DNA of 64,000 nucleotides from Candidatus Wallbacteria bacterium GWC2_49_35. Its GTDB lineage: Bacteria > Muiribacteriota > UBA9980. The notes below the pieces were generated by a model, which was given only the letters and a program-made list of their open reading frames with translations, was not told the DNA's origin and did no database searches. The DNA lies in contig MGFH01000246.1 of assembly GCA_001791795.1 (NCBI GenBank), positions 958 to 64,957 on the forward strand, in the 5' to 3' direction. The position numbers were made by a program, and so were the translations under genes. Every line of letters starts with the position of its first letter. The first letter of the stretch is position 1. Shown here one piece after another: positions 27,298-34,913 of the stretch.

Positions 27298-28356
27298 ATG
27301 GAAAAAATAAAAGCCGTGGCTCTTATGTCTGGCGGGCTCGATTCGATGCTCGCGGCGAAGGTAATGGAAAAAATCGGGATAGAGGTAATGGGAATAAATT
27401 TTTATACGGGTTTCTGCATAACCGAGCAGCGCAGGAGGGTAGACGGATCGAAATCGGCCGCCAGCAAAAAGAAACTGGAGAACGCCGCGCTGAAATCGGC
27501 CGCCGAGATCGAAATTCCGGTCGAGATAGTGGACATATCGAAGCAATACCTGGAAATGGTCACAAAACCCAAGCACGGTTACGGTTCCAATGTGAACCCT
27601 TGTATCGACTGCCGCATTCACATGCTGCGTGAGGCGCATAAATACATGCAGAAGATAGGCGCGAAATTCATAGTCACCGGCGAGGTCGTCGGCCAGCGCC
27701 CGATGTCTCAACACAAAAACACCATGCGCATGATCGAAAAGGAAGCGGGGGTCGCCGGGCTTGTTTTAAGGCCGCTTTCGGCTAAACTGCTGGAGCCGAC
27801 GCTCCCCGAAACCAGCGGCTGGGTGAACCGCGACGAACTTTACGACATAGGCGGCAGGGGAAGGAACCCCCAGATGAGGCTGGCGAGAGAACTCGGGATC
27901 GAGGTCTTTCCGAATCCAGGCGGCGGCTGCTGTTTTTTAACCGACCAGACCTACGCCGAGCGCTTTTTCGACCTGATGCGGCACCGCGTCGAAAAAACGC
28001 TCACGATGGAAGATGTTGTAAGATTAAGGCTGGGAAGGCATTTCAGAATAAAAGAAAGCCATAAGATCATAATAGGCCGCAACGAGGCGGAAAACGATCT
28101 TATCGAAAAATATTCTGATGAAAAAATGGCCATAGTAAAGGCTACGGTTGAAAAGGGGCCGGTCAGTCTGATCGAGGGCGAATTCGGCGAGGATGATATA
28201 AGGCTCGCCGCGTCTCTCACGGCCGGTTATGGAAAAGCGAAGGCGCTGGCGGAAGTCGAATTCGACGTCACATCCGGCGGCAAAACCCGGTCGATCAGCG
28301 TGAAACCGGTCGATCCGCAGGCTTACTCGGAGTATCTGATACAGCACAGACCGTAA
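27298..28356 (+). CDS. PP-loop ATPase of the MnmA/TrmU tRNA-2-thiouridylase family (divergent, with ~45-aa insertion)
   Basis: PP-loop ALMSGGLDS. Blocks matching MnmA (NPCIDCRIHMLREAHKYMQKIGAKFIVTGEVVG with the catalytic Cys region, and GGGCCFL). Assignment from motif recall only. Confidence 0.55.
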   Translation: MEKIKAVALMSGGLDSMLAAKVMEKIGIEVMGINFYTGFCITEQRRRVDGSKSAASKKKLENAALKSAAEIEIPVEIVDISKQYLEMVTKPKHGYGSNVNPCIDCRIHMLREAHKYMQKIGAKFIVTGEVVGQRPMSQHKNTMRMIEKEAGVAGLVLRPLSAKLLEPTLPETSGWVNRDELYDIGGRGRNPQMRLARELGIEVFPNPGGGCCFLTDQTYAERFFDLMRHRVEKTLTMEDVVRLRLGRHFRIKESHKIIIGRNEAENDLIEKYSDEKMAIVKATVEKGPVSLIEGEFGEDDIRLAASLTAGYGKAKALAEVEFDVTSGGKTRSISVKPVDPQAYSEYLIQHRP

Positions 28357-28370
28357 TGAATTAAAGCCCG

Positions 28371-28532
28371 CTATACCAGAATGTCTATCTTCAGCGAGCC
28401 GTTTTCCACGCTCGACTTCACGTTCTGGACGGGATTCGGCTTCACCTTTAACGAATATTGCTTCAGGCTCGACTCCAGATGAATGTAGTCGTTTACGGGA
28501 TAAGTTTTTACGTAGTTAATGACGTTTTTCAT
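28371..28532 (-). CDS. Candidate 53-aa small protein (MKNVINYVKTYPVNDYIHLESSLKQYSLKVKPNPVQNVKSSVENGSLKIDILV)
   Basis: Found by manual translation; below the ORF-track size cutoff. ATG at 28532 preceded by GGGGG 7 nt upstream. The GGGGG lies inside a 13-bp inverted repeat. No homology recognised. Confidence 0.25.
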   Translation of the reverse strand: MKNVINYVKTYPVNDYIHLESSLKQYSLKVKPNPVQNVKSSVENGSLKIDILV

Positions 28533-28535
28533 GAT

Positions 28536-28596
28536 AAACCCCCGGTTTGTTTTATTTATGTACGATTACAATATCGGCATAAAAAACCGGGGGTTT
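28536..28596. repeat. Perfect 13-bp inverted repeat (aaacccccggttt / aaaccgggggttt) with 35-nt AT-rich spacer
   Basis: Left arm 28536-28548, right arm 28584-28596, read directly. Each arm is itself a mini-palindrome. It overlaps the Shine-Dalgarno of the candidate small ORF. Confidence 0.6.
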
Positions 28597-28769
28597 ATAT
28601 ATTACAAAATTCTGTTTTTATTCAAGCGGGCGGCATGACAGTGAATAGTGTACAGTTAATAGTGAATAGTTGAGGCTTTTTGATTTTTTAATGGGTGCTA
28701 AAAAATTAAAATTTCATCAATTTTTCAAAAAGTCCACATCTGTTCTCTATTCTCTTTTCTCTGTTCTCT

Positions 28770-28807
28770 AAAAAACAACCCGCTTGCAAGTATAACCGGA
28801 ACGGGTT
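28770..28807 (-). terminator. Candidate intrinsic terminator after the AIM24-family gene
   Basis: Minus-strand RNA reads AACCCG-(19 nt loop)-CGGGUU followed by GUUUUUU (plus-strand A-run 28770-28775). The hairpin overlaps the stop codon. Confidence 0.3.
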
Positions 28808-29474
28808 ATTTCGTGGTCATGCGCATGCTCATTATCATGCTGGCGAGGTTAAAGTATAAATTGCTGACCGGCGCTATCAGAACGGTTCCGGTCCCTTCGA
28901 AGACGTTGAGCAGGCCTTCGCCGGATGTCATGCTGCCCATGATGGATTTAGTGGCCTTCTGTACTGAAAAATTGAGGCCGGCCGTGCGGGCAATCGCGAA
29001 ACTGCCGTCGACGGCGAGTCGGTCGTTGACGAGTTTGATCCTTTCGACCTCGCCGGGAGCGTGGATAACGACCTGGCCGCTGCCTTTAACGCTGGTCTGG
29101 AAAAAGCCCTCTCCCGAAAACAAACCGGAAATGGCTTTATTGGTGTATGCGCCGACCTCGACGCCGATATCGGAACAAATATATGCGCTCTTATCGAGTA
29201 TCCATTCCTCGTTGTTGAGCGTCAGAATCAGATATTCGCCGAAGGTAGGGGGGCCGAAAAATATTTCGCCGGTGCCGCTGTAGACGGGTTTGAATACGTT
29301 CTCGCCGGTGACGAAAGACTTTAAAAAACCTGTCGCCGAAGGCATTTTCGATTCCAGTTCGAGCTTGCCCTGCATATAGTGCAGCGCGCCCGATTCAGCC
29401 CTTATCTGCTCGTGGTTCAGCGTGGCCTTCACCATTTTCAGTTCCTGTTTTTTGATTATTTCGAATTGAGCCAT
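28806..29474 (-). CDS. AIM24-family (DUF124/TIGR00266) protein
   Basis: 222-aa ORF with the Gly-rich repeated beta-motifs typical of the AIM24 family (GSGQVVIHAPGEV, GEGLLNVFEGTGTVLIA). Confidence 0.7.
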   Translation of the reverse strand: MAQFEIIKKQELKMVKATLNHEQIRAESGALHYMQGKLELESKMPSATGFLKSFVTGENVFKPVYSGTGEIFFGPPTFGEYLILTLNNEEWILDKSAYICSDIGVEVGAYTNKAISGLFSGEGFFQTSVKGSGQVVIHAPGEVERIKLVNDRLAVDGSFAIARTAGLNFSVQKATKSIMGSMTSGEGLLNVFEGTGTVLIAPVSNLYFNLASMIMSMRMTTK

Positions 29475-29492
29475 TTTTCCCTCCTGAAATTT

Positions 29493-30560
29493 TTATTTTT
29501 CGCCGGAATTTTTATATTTCGTAAGATACATTTCTTCGTAATACCTGCTATATTCACCGGAAATAATATTCATCAGCCACGGCTGATTAGAAAGATACCA
29601 GTCGATCGTCATGGCTATGCCGCGCTCGAAATCGACTGCCGGGGCGAAACCCAGCCGTTTTTTTATCTTCGAAGCGTCGATGGCGTAACGCAAATCATGT
29701 CCGGGACGGTCCGGGACGTATTTTATAAGACTTTTTCCGCCGCCGCAGCCGCGTTTTTCCATCAAATCTATGATCAGGTTGACGATATCGATATTTTTAT
29801 ATTCGTTATTGCCGCCGATATTATAAATTTCGCCGGCCGTTCCTTCGCGCAGGGCCGTATCTATGGCAGCGCAGTGGTCGGCGACGTAAAGCCAGTCGCG
29901 GACGTTTTCGCCGCGGCCGTAAACCGGAAGGTCCTTCTTTTTGATAATATTGGCGATCATAAGCGGTATGAGTTTTTCAGGGAACTGGAAGGGGCCGTAG
30001 TTGTTCGAGCAGCGGGTGATGATAACGCGCGAGCCGTAGGTTTTAAAGGCGGCCCTGACCAGAAGGTCGGCCGCGGCCTTGCTGGCTGAATAAGGAGAAT
30101 TCGGCGCGAGCGGAGAGTCTTCGGTAAACAGTCCTTCGCCGCCCAGGCTTCCGTATACCTCGTCCGTAGAAACCTGTAAAAACATCTTCACGCCGCCGCG
30201 GCGGGCGCAGTCGAGAAGGTTCTGGGTTCCTGCGATATTTGTTTTAATGAACGGGGCTGAATCAAGAATAGAACGGTCCACGTGCGACTCCGCCGCGAAA
30301 TTTACGACATAATCGAAAGAGTTTTCATCAAAAAGGCTTCCGGTATCGGCGGTTTTTGAAATATCACCCCTGAGGAATCTATAGCCGGGTTCCGTTTCCA
30401 GTTCCTTTAAATTGTCGAGGTTGCCGGCATAGGTCAGAAGGTCGAAATTGACCACGCTGACGGCGTCACGGTATTTCGCGAACAGATACTTTATGAAGTT
30501 CGAGCCGATAAAGCCGGCCCCGCCGGTGACCAGATAAGTTTGTTTACGCTTTGACGACAT
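29493..30560 (-). CDS. rfbB: dTDP-glucose 4,6-dehydratase
   Basis: Rossmann motif TGGAGFIGS. Catalytic YxxxK (YSASKAA). RmlB-specific blocks (STDEVYG, CSNNYGP). Confidence 0.9.
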   Translation of the reverse strand: MSSKRKQTYLVTGGAGFIGSNFIKYLFAKYRDAVSVVNFDLLTYAGNLDNLKELETEPGYRFLRGDISKTADTGSLFDENSFDYVVNFAAESHVDRSILDSAPFIKTNIAGTQNLLDCARRGGVKMFLQVSTDEVYGSLGGEGLFTEDSPLAPNSPYSASKAAADLLVRAAFKTYGSRVIITRCSNNYGPFQFPEKLIPLMIANIIKKKDLPVYGRGENVRDWLYVADHCAAIDTALREGTAGEIYNIGGNNEYKNIDIVNLIIDLMEKRGCGGGKSLIKYVPDRPGHDLRYAIDASKIKKRLGFAPAVDFERGIAMTIDWYLSNQPWLMNIISGEYSRYYEEMYLTKYKNSGEK

Positions 30561-30572
30561 AATGCCTCACAT

Positions 30573-30602
30573 TTTATATGAAGATTGGAAGTTCGTTTTC
30601 AA
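30573..30602 (-). promoter_or_regulatory. Possible promoter for rfbB (TTGAAA-N18-TATAAA, minus strand); would give a near-leaderless mRNA
   Basis: Plus-strand tttcaa 30597-30602 (RC TTGAAA) and tttata 30573-30578 (RC TATAAA). The -10 lies only ~13 nt from the ATG at 30560. Confidence 0.3.
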
Positions 30603-30725
30603 ACTTTTATATTTTACCAGAAACGGAGTTAAAAATAAAGAAATTGTAAAAATTATAAAAATTATAAAATAAATTTTAGATGTCATCTTCGATGATATAA
30701 ATTCTTCATTAATTCTTAAATGCTC

Positions 30726-30754
30726 TTGAAATAAATCTATCTTTAATATATAAT
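30726..30754 (+). promoter_or_regulatory. Consensus sigma70 promoter (TTGAAA-N17-TATAAT) for the receiver-kinase gene
   Basis: ttgaaa 30726-30731, 17-nt spacer, tataat 30749-30754. Confidence 0.5.
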
Positions 30755-30787
30755 ATTGAAAACTATGAATAAATATCCAAAGAATAA

Positions 30788-32053
30788 ATGTTTGAGAAAA
30801 TGCAAACAACAGAACGTCTCCGCCAGAGAGTACGATGTTTTATGAATAACAGCAAAACCGATAAAGTCAATATCGTAGTCATTGACAATCTGCTTTCTAA
30901 CGCCGAACTCGTTTCAATAATCTTAAGATCGTGCGGCTATAGCGTCAAACCTTTCACGCTGGCGGCCGAAGCGCTCGATTATCTGGAAGGCACTAAAGAT
31001 AAAATCTCTCTTGTGATAGCCGATCTGATGCTCGCCGGAATATCGGGCCACGACCTCTGCCGCCGTTTGAGGGCGAACCCGAAATATAAATTCACCCCTT
31101 TTCTCGTCTCCTCGTGCCTCGGCGACGTCGAAGACCGCGTATCGGCCATGGAAGCCGGCGCGGACGATTTCATCAATAAGCCCATCGACCGCGACACGCT
31201 TATCACGCGCGCAAAATCTCTGGTCAGGACGCAGGCGCTGTACGACGAACTCATCGACAAGAACGAAAAACTGGAATTCGCTTTCAAAAAACTCCAGGAG
31301 GCTCAAAACGCGCTGATATCCAACGAAAAATTCGTCACCATAGGCGCTATGGCGCAGGGACTGACGCACGAGATTTTCAACCCTCTGACCATAATAGGCG
31401 GAAATCTCGAGCGTCTGAACATGAGGATCAAAAGCGACAGACTCGACGCGGAATTTCTCTCGCAGATTATCACCTCCACGCGCAACGCCGTAAAGCGCTG
31501 CACCAAGATCGTCGAGGCGCTCGAAACCTATTCCGCCGAAAAAATAAATTCCATCGAAACCGCCAATATAAACGATATTTTAAAAAGTGTCTGCACTCTT
31601 TTCGCGGTTAAACTTAAAATGATGTATTCTATCGACATCACCGAAAACTACGACGAGTCGATCGGCGAGGTCGAATGCGATCCGCGGGCCCTTCAGCAGG
31701 CCTTTATGAACCTTATGACCAACGCCGCCGAGTCGATCGGAAAAGACGGCAGCATTCTAATATCGACCGAACTCACCGGCGGCGGAATAACCGTGACGAT
31801 AGCGGACACCGGAAAAGGCTTCGGCGGCGCCGACATGTCCAAAGCCTTCGATCCGTTTTATTCGACCAAGAACCGCTCGCTCAGCTCCGGACTGGGCCTC
31901 GCCGTCGTAAGCGGGGTCGTCAAGATGCACAAATCGAGCATCGATATCGGCAACGGCCCTTCAGGCGGCGCCCGCGTAGTTGTAACCATACCCGCGGACC
32001 TCAAACTCGACGCGAACTCTTCCATCGATAATTTTCTGAAAATCGACAGATGA
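30788..32053 (+). CDS. Hybrid two-component protein: N-terminal receiver + HisKA + HATPase
   Basis: Receiver (NIVVIDN...LVIADLMLAGISG...DDFINKP). H-box LTHEIFNPL. ATPase blocks (MNLMTNAAES, DTGKGF, SGLGLAVV). Start uncertain (30788/30800/30842). Confidence 0.8.
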   Translation: MFEKMQTTERLRQRVRCFMNNSKTDKVNIVVIDNLLSNAELVSIILRSCGYSVKPFTLAAEALDYLEGTKDKISLVIADLMLAGISGHDLCRRLRANPKYKFTPFLVSSCLGDVEDRVSAMEAGADDFINKPIDRDTLITRAKSLVRTQALYDELIDKNEKLEFAFKKLQEAQNALISNEKFVTIGAMAQGLTHEIFNPLTIIGGNLERLNMRIKSDRLDAEFLSQIITSTRNAVKRCTKIVEALETYSAEKINSIETANINDILKSVCTLFAVKLKMMYSIDITENYDESIGEVECDPRALQQAFMNLMTNAAESIGKDGSILISTELTGGGITVTIADTGKGFGGADMSKAFDPFYSTKNRSLSSGLGLAVVSGVVKMHKSSIDIGNGPSGGARVVVTIPADLKLDANSSIDNFLKIDR

Positions 32054-32145
32054 AACCCGCCCGAATATAAGCCTTATTGAGGCGAATATATTCGAAATAA
32101 ATAAATAGTTTATAAAATTATCACGAATGAATTATGGAGAGAAAA

Positions 32146-32691
32146 ATGGAAAAAGAAGTGAAACGCCAGATAGGTTATCAATATCAGGTTTATTCAAGTT
32201 CGCAGAGCCTCGTTCCGCTCGCGGACGCCAAAGCGGGCGCTATAATAGGGGCGAATCTGGCTCTGGTGGCTACGCTTATCAACGCGCCCTTCTTTTATGA
32301 AAAATTCAGCAAGGTCACGGCGGCGGGCGACGGCCGCGCCTCCGCGCTTATTCTTCTGGCGTTCATTTTCGCCGCGGTTTCGATAATATCGATACTCAGC
32401 GCGGTCATGGTGCTTTATCCGAGGCCTTCGAAGGCGGGCGGCAAGATACATCCGGCGCGCCTTACCTATTTTGAGCATATTTTTGCCTGCCACAGCGCCG
32501 AACGCTATTTAAGCCGTGTCAACGACCTCGACGACGCCGCTATACTCCAGGAAATGTGCGTTCAAAATTACGAATTATCGGCCATACTCATCGCCAAATA
32601 TAAAATGCTGAAAACCTCGCTCACGACTTTTCTGGCCAATATGGTCATATGGGCGCTTCTCATTTTCAAGGTGTTCAATCTTAATTTATAA
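32146..32691 (+). CDS. Small membrane protein (2-4 TM); loosely resembles the 2TM Pycsar-effector/DUF5706-like fold
   Basis: Trimmed to the ATG at 32146 (GGAGA Shine-Dalgarno 5 nt upstream). N-terminal region (YQYQVYSSSQSLVPLADAKAGAIIGANLALVATLIN), then hydrophobic helices (ALILLAFIFAAVSIISILSAVMVL; LTTFLANMVIWALLIF). Family assignment is from memory only. Confidence 0.5.
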   Translation: MEKEVKRQIGYQYQVYSSSQSLVPLADAKAGAIIGANLALVATLINAPFFYEKFSKVTAAGDGRASALILLAFIFAAVSIISILSAVMVLYPRPSKAGGKIHPARLTYFEHIFACHSAERYLSRVNDLDDAAILQEMCVQNYELSAILIAKYKMLKTSLTTFLANMVIWALLIFKVFNLNL

Positions 32692-32702
32692 TAAAACTAA
32701 TT

Positions 32703-33851
32703 ATGAAAATACTTAATTTCGACGGCTGCGTCAATTTAAAGCCCGAAAGGGAAGTCATTAAATATTACGTTGAACTTCTGAAAGAACTTCACTATCAGAA
32801 CCCTGCCGCTAAAACGCGGCAGGCCGAAAAAACGGCGGAAGTGATCGAAGAGGCGAGAAAGCATTTCGGGTGGCTGATAGGCGCAGACCCCGCGAGAATT
32901 ATTTTCACCTCCTCGGGAACCGAGGCGAACAATCTGGCGATCAAAGGCTTTATAGCGGCGAACCGGGCGAAGCCGAACGCGGCGCTTAGCACTTATTACG
33001 AACATTCATCGGTTATCGCGCCCCTTAAATCCGCCGCGGCCGCCGGCTGGTCCTTCACGCAGACGGCGGTAGACCCCGGACGCCCCGAAGAGGCCGCGAA
33101 CGCGATCAGCCGCGCCTCCGCAAAAGTATCTCTGGCCTCTTTCATTCTGGCAAGCCCCGAAACCGGAATTTTATACCCGGTAGAAAAAATGGCGAACGCC
33201 GCCCGCGCTCACGGCATTACGATTCACAGCGACGCCTGCGCGGCGGCCGGAAGGATACGCGTCGATGTTAACGCCCTGAAAACAGACATGATGAGCGTTT
33301 CAGCTCACAAATTCGGCGGCCCCGCCGGGGTCGGAGCGCTTTTCGTGAGGCAGGGCGTAAGGATTTTTCCGCTTATAGAAGGCGGGATCGAAGAACGAGG
33401 CCTCAGGGGCGGTTTTTATAACGCGCCGGCCATAGGCGCGGCGGGCCTTGCGGCAAAAATAGCCATGGAACGAATGGACGAAAGGGAAATAAAACTCAGG
33501 GAGTTGAAGAAATTCCTCTTCGAAGCGATAAATTCGAGAATAGGTCACGCGCGCTGGATATCGGGACCTTCTTCGCCTTTAAGTTTCCACGCGTCGCTGA
33601 TATTGGAAAACGTCAACGCGGAATCTCTGATATCCGAACTTTCAGAAGGCGGCGTTGCGATATCGCCTTATTCATGGTGCGTCAGCGCCGCGAAAACGCC
33701 CGATTCGCTTATCCGCGCGGGCATCGGCGCGGACGAAGCCGCCGGATATATAAGAATATGCCTCAGCCATGAAAACACGGAAAAAGAAATCTCGAGGCTG
33801 GTGAACCGTATAGCGAAATCAGCCGCGGTAAAAAATAAATTTAAGGAGTAA
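32703..33851 (+). CDS. Cysteine desulfurase (class V aminotransferase, NifS/IscS-like)
   Basis: PLP-lysine motif SAHKFGGPAGVGALFVR. Fold-type I blocks (FTSSGTEANN, HSDA). Confidence 0.8.
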   Translation: MKILNFDGCVNLKPEREVIKYYVELLKELHYQNPAAKTRQAEKTAEVIEEARKHFGWLIGADPARIIFTSSGTEANNLAIKGFIAANRAKPNAALSTYYEHSSVIAPLKSAAAAGWSFTQTAVDPGRPEEAANAISRASAKVSLASFILASPETGILYPVEKMANAARAHGITIHSDACAAAGRIRVDVNALKTDMMSVSAHKFGGPAGVGALFVRQGVRIFPLIEGGIEERGLRGGFYNAPAIGAAGLAAKIAMERMDEREIKLRELKKFLFEAINSRIGHARWISGPSSPLSFHASLILENVNAESLISELSEGGVAISPYSWCVSAAKTPDSLIRAGIGADEAAGYIRICLSHENTEKEISRLVNRIAKSAAVKNKFKE

Positions 33852-33855
33852 CAAA

Positions 33856-34182
33856 ATGAGCTTCCCACCGCCGGATTTTAATTTTATATCAGAAAACTGC
33901 CCGAAATGCAAACTCAGCATCGCCGAAAACGAGGTCTCGGTCCAGTGCCCGAAATGCTTTATGACGCATCACAAAAGATGCATCCACGAAGGCGTGGCCT
34001 GCGGAAATTTAGAGTGCGATTACGTTTTTATGCATTCTGAAGAAGACGGCACACTGGTTTTCGCCGAATATGAAGGCGAAGAAAGAAGGGACGAAAAAAG
34101 CGACCGCCGCCAAAAGGATATAGGGCCGCCCGAAGGCGTACAGGAACGCCGCATCACGCCGAGAAGACGCGCGGATTTTTAA
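33856..34182 (+). CDS. Small Cys-rich zinc-ribbon protein
   Basis: 108-aa ORF with CPKC...CPKC and further Cys/His residues. Starts 4 nt after the desulfurase stop. Acidic/basic C-terminal tail. Confidence 0.5.
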   Translation: MSFPPPDFNFISENCPKCKLSIAENEVSVQCPKCFMTHHKRCIHEGVACGNLECDYVFMHSEEDGTLVFAEYEGEERRDEKSDRRQKDIGPPEGVQERRITPRRRADF

Positions 34183-34601
34183 GCGAGGTTAGTATAGGGT
34201 TCTGTTAATAAGCAAGAATTATTTTTCGGTTATTTATCGCGGGATACGAAATACGCGGGCCTGATCTCGTATAGCGTTTTTATGAATTTGCCGCCCCCGT
34301 TTTCACCGTCGTCCGCAGCTATCGAACCTTTAAGAATCATATTGCGGCCGAAATCTGAAACGTTTTCAACGGCCCTGATGTTATAGTAATGTGCTCCCGT
34401 CTGCCTGGTGCTTTCTTTCAAAATTATATCGCCCCCGTTTTTAATTTGATAAGTTTATACAAGCAACTTTTATGCCGCTTTATATAAAGTGAATAGCGGA
34501 AAGTGCAAAGTGCATAATTTATTCTGGCGCCGTATCATTTCGCGACTCACAATGAAACTCCGGTCTCATTTTAATACAATCGCGGCGCGTTATTCTCAGA
34601 G

Positions 34602-34620
34602 CGTCATGTGACGTTTTTTT
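34602..34620 (+). terminator. Weak hairpin + T7 (cgtc-atgt-gacg-ttttttt)
   Basis: 4-5-bp stem followed by a 7-T run at 34614-34620, inside the 730-bp non-coding gap. Confidence 0.25.
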
Positions 34621-34632
34621 ATTAAATTTTTT

Positions 34633-34661
34633 TTGACTTTTTGCCGCTTATATGATAGAAT
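34633..34661 (+). promoter_or_regulatory. Near-consensus sigma70 promoter TTGACT-N17-TAGAAT, ~250 nt upstream of the next CDS
   Basis: ttgact 34633-34638, 17-nt spacer, tagaat 34656-34661, read directly. Confidence 0.35.
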
Positions 34662-34913
34662 AGCGACCATATTAAATTGCCTGTGTTCTCGCGTTTTTCA
34701 GAAAGCCGGCGGTTACCGGTATGAGTTTGCTTTAACTTTTCGATTTGTATGAGTCGAATTTAATTAGATTTTATTTAAAACACCAGCAAAATCTCGGTTC
34801 ACGGCAAACCAACGAGTCGTATTATTGAACAGCCTGCACATTTCACGAACAAAACCCTGTTCAAATATTAAGCCGGGCCGTCGCGCGGCTGGCAAAAAAA
34901 CGGATAATTTTTT

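Noticed and set aside
29379-30089. 236-aa plus ORF antisense to rfbB
   Set aside because: rfbB is unambiguous. This is a shadow ORF.
30567-30809. 80-aa minus ORF (Phe/Ile/Lys-rich) across the rfbB/receiver-kinase promoter region
   Set aside because: Lies in an extremely AT-rich promoter region, overlaps mapped -35/-10 elements, and has low-complexity composition.
34230-34421. 63-aa TTG-initiated minus ORF in the 730-bp gap
   Set aside because: Non-ATG start, no recognisable features. Kept only as part of the non-coding-gap finding.
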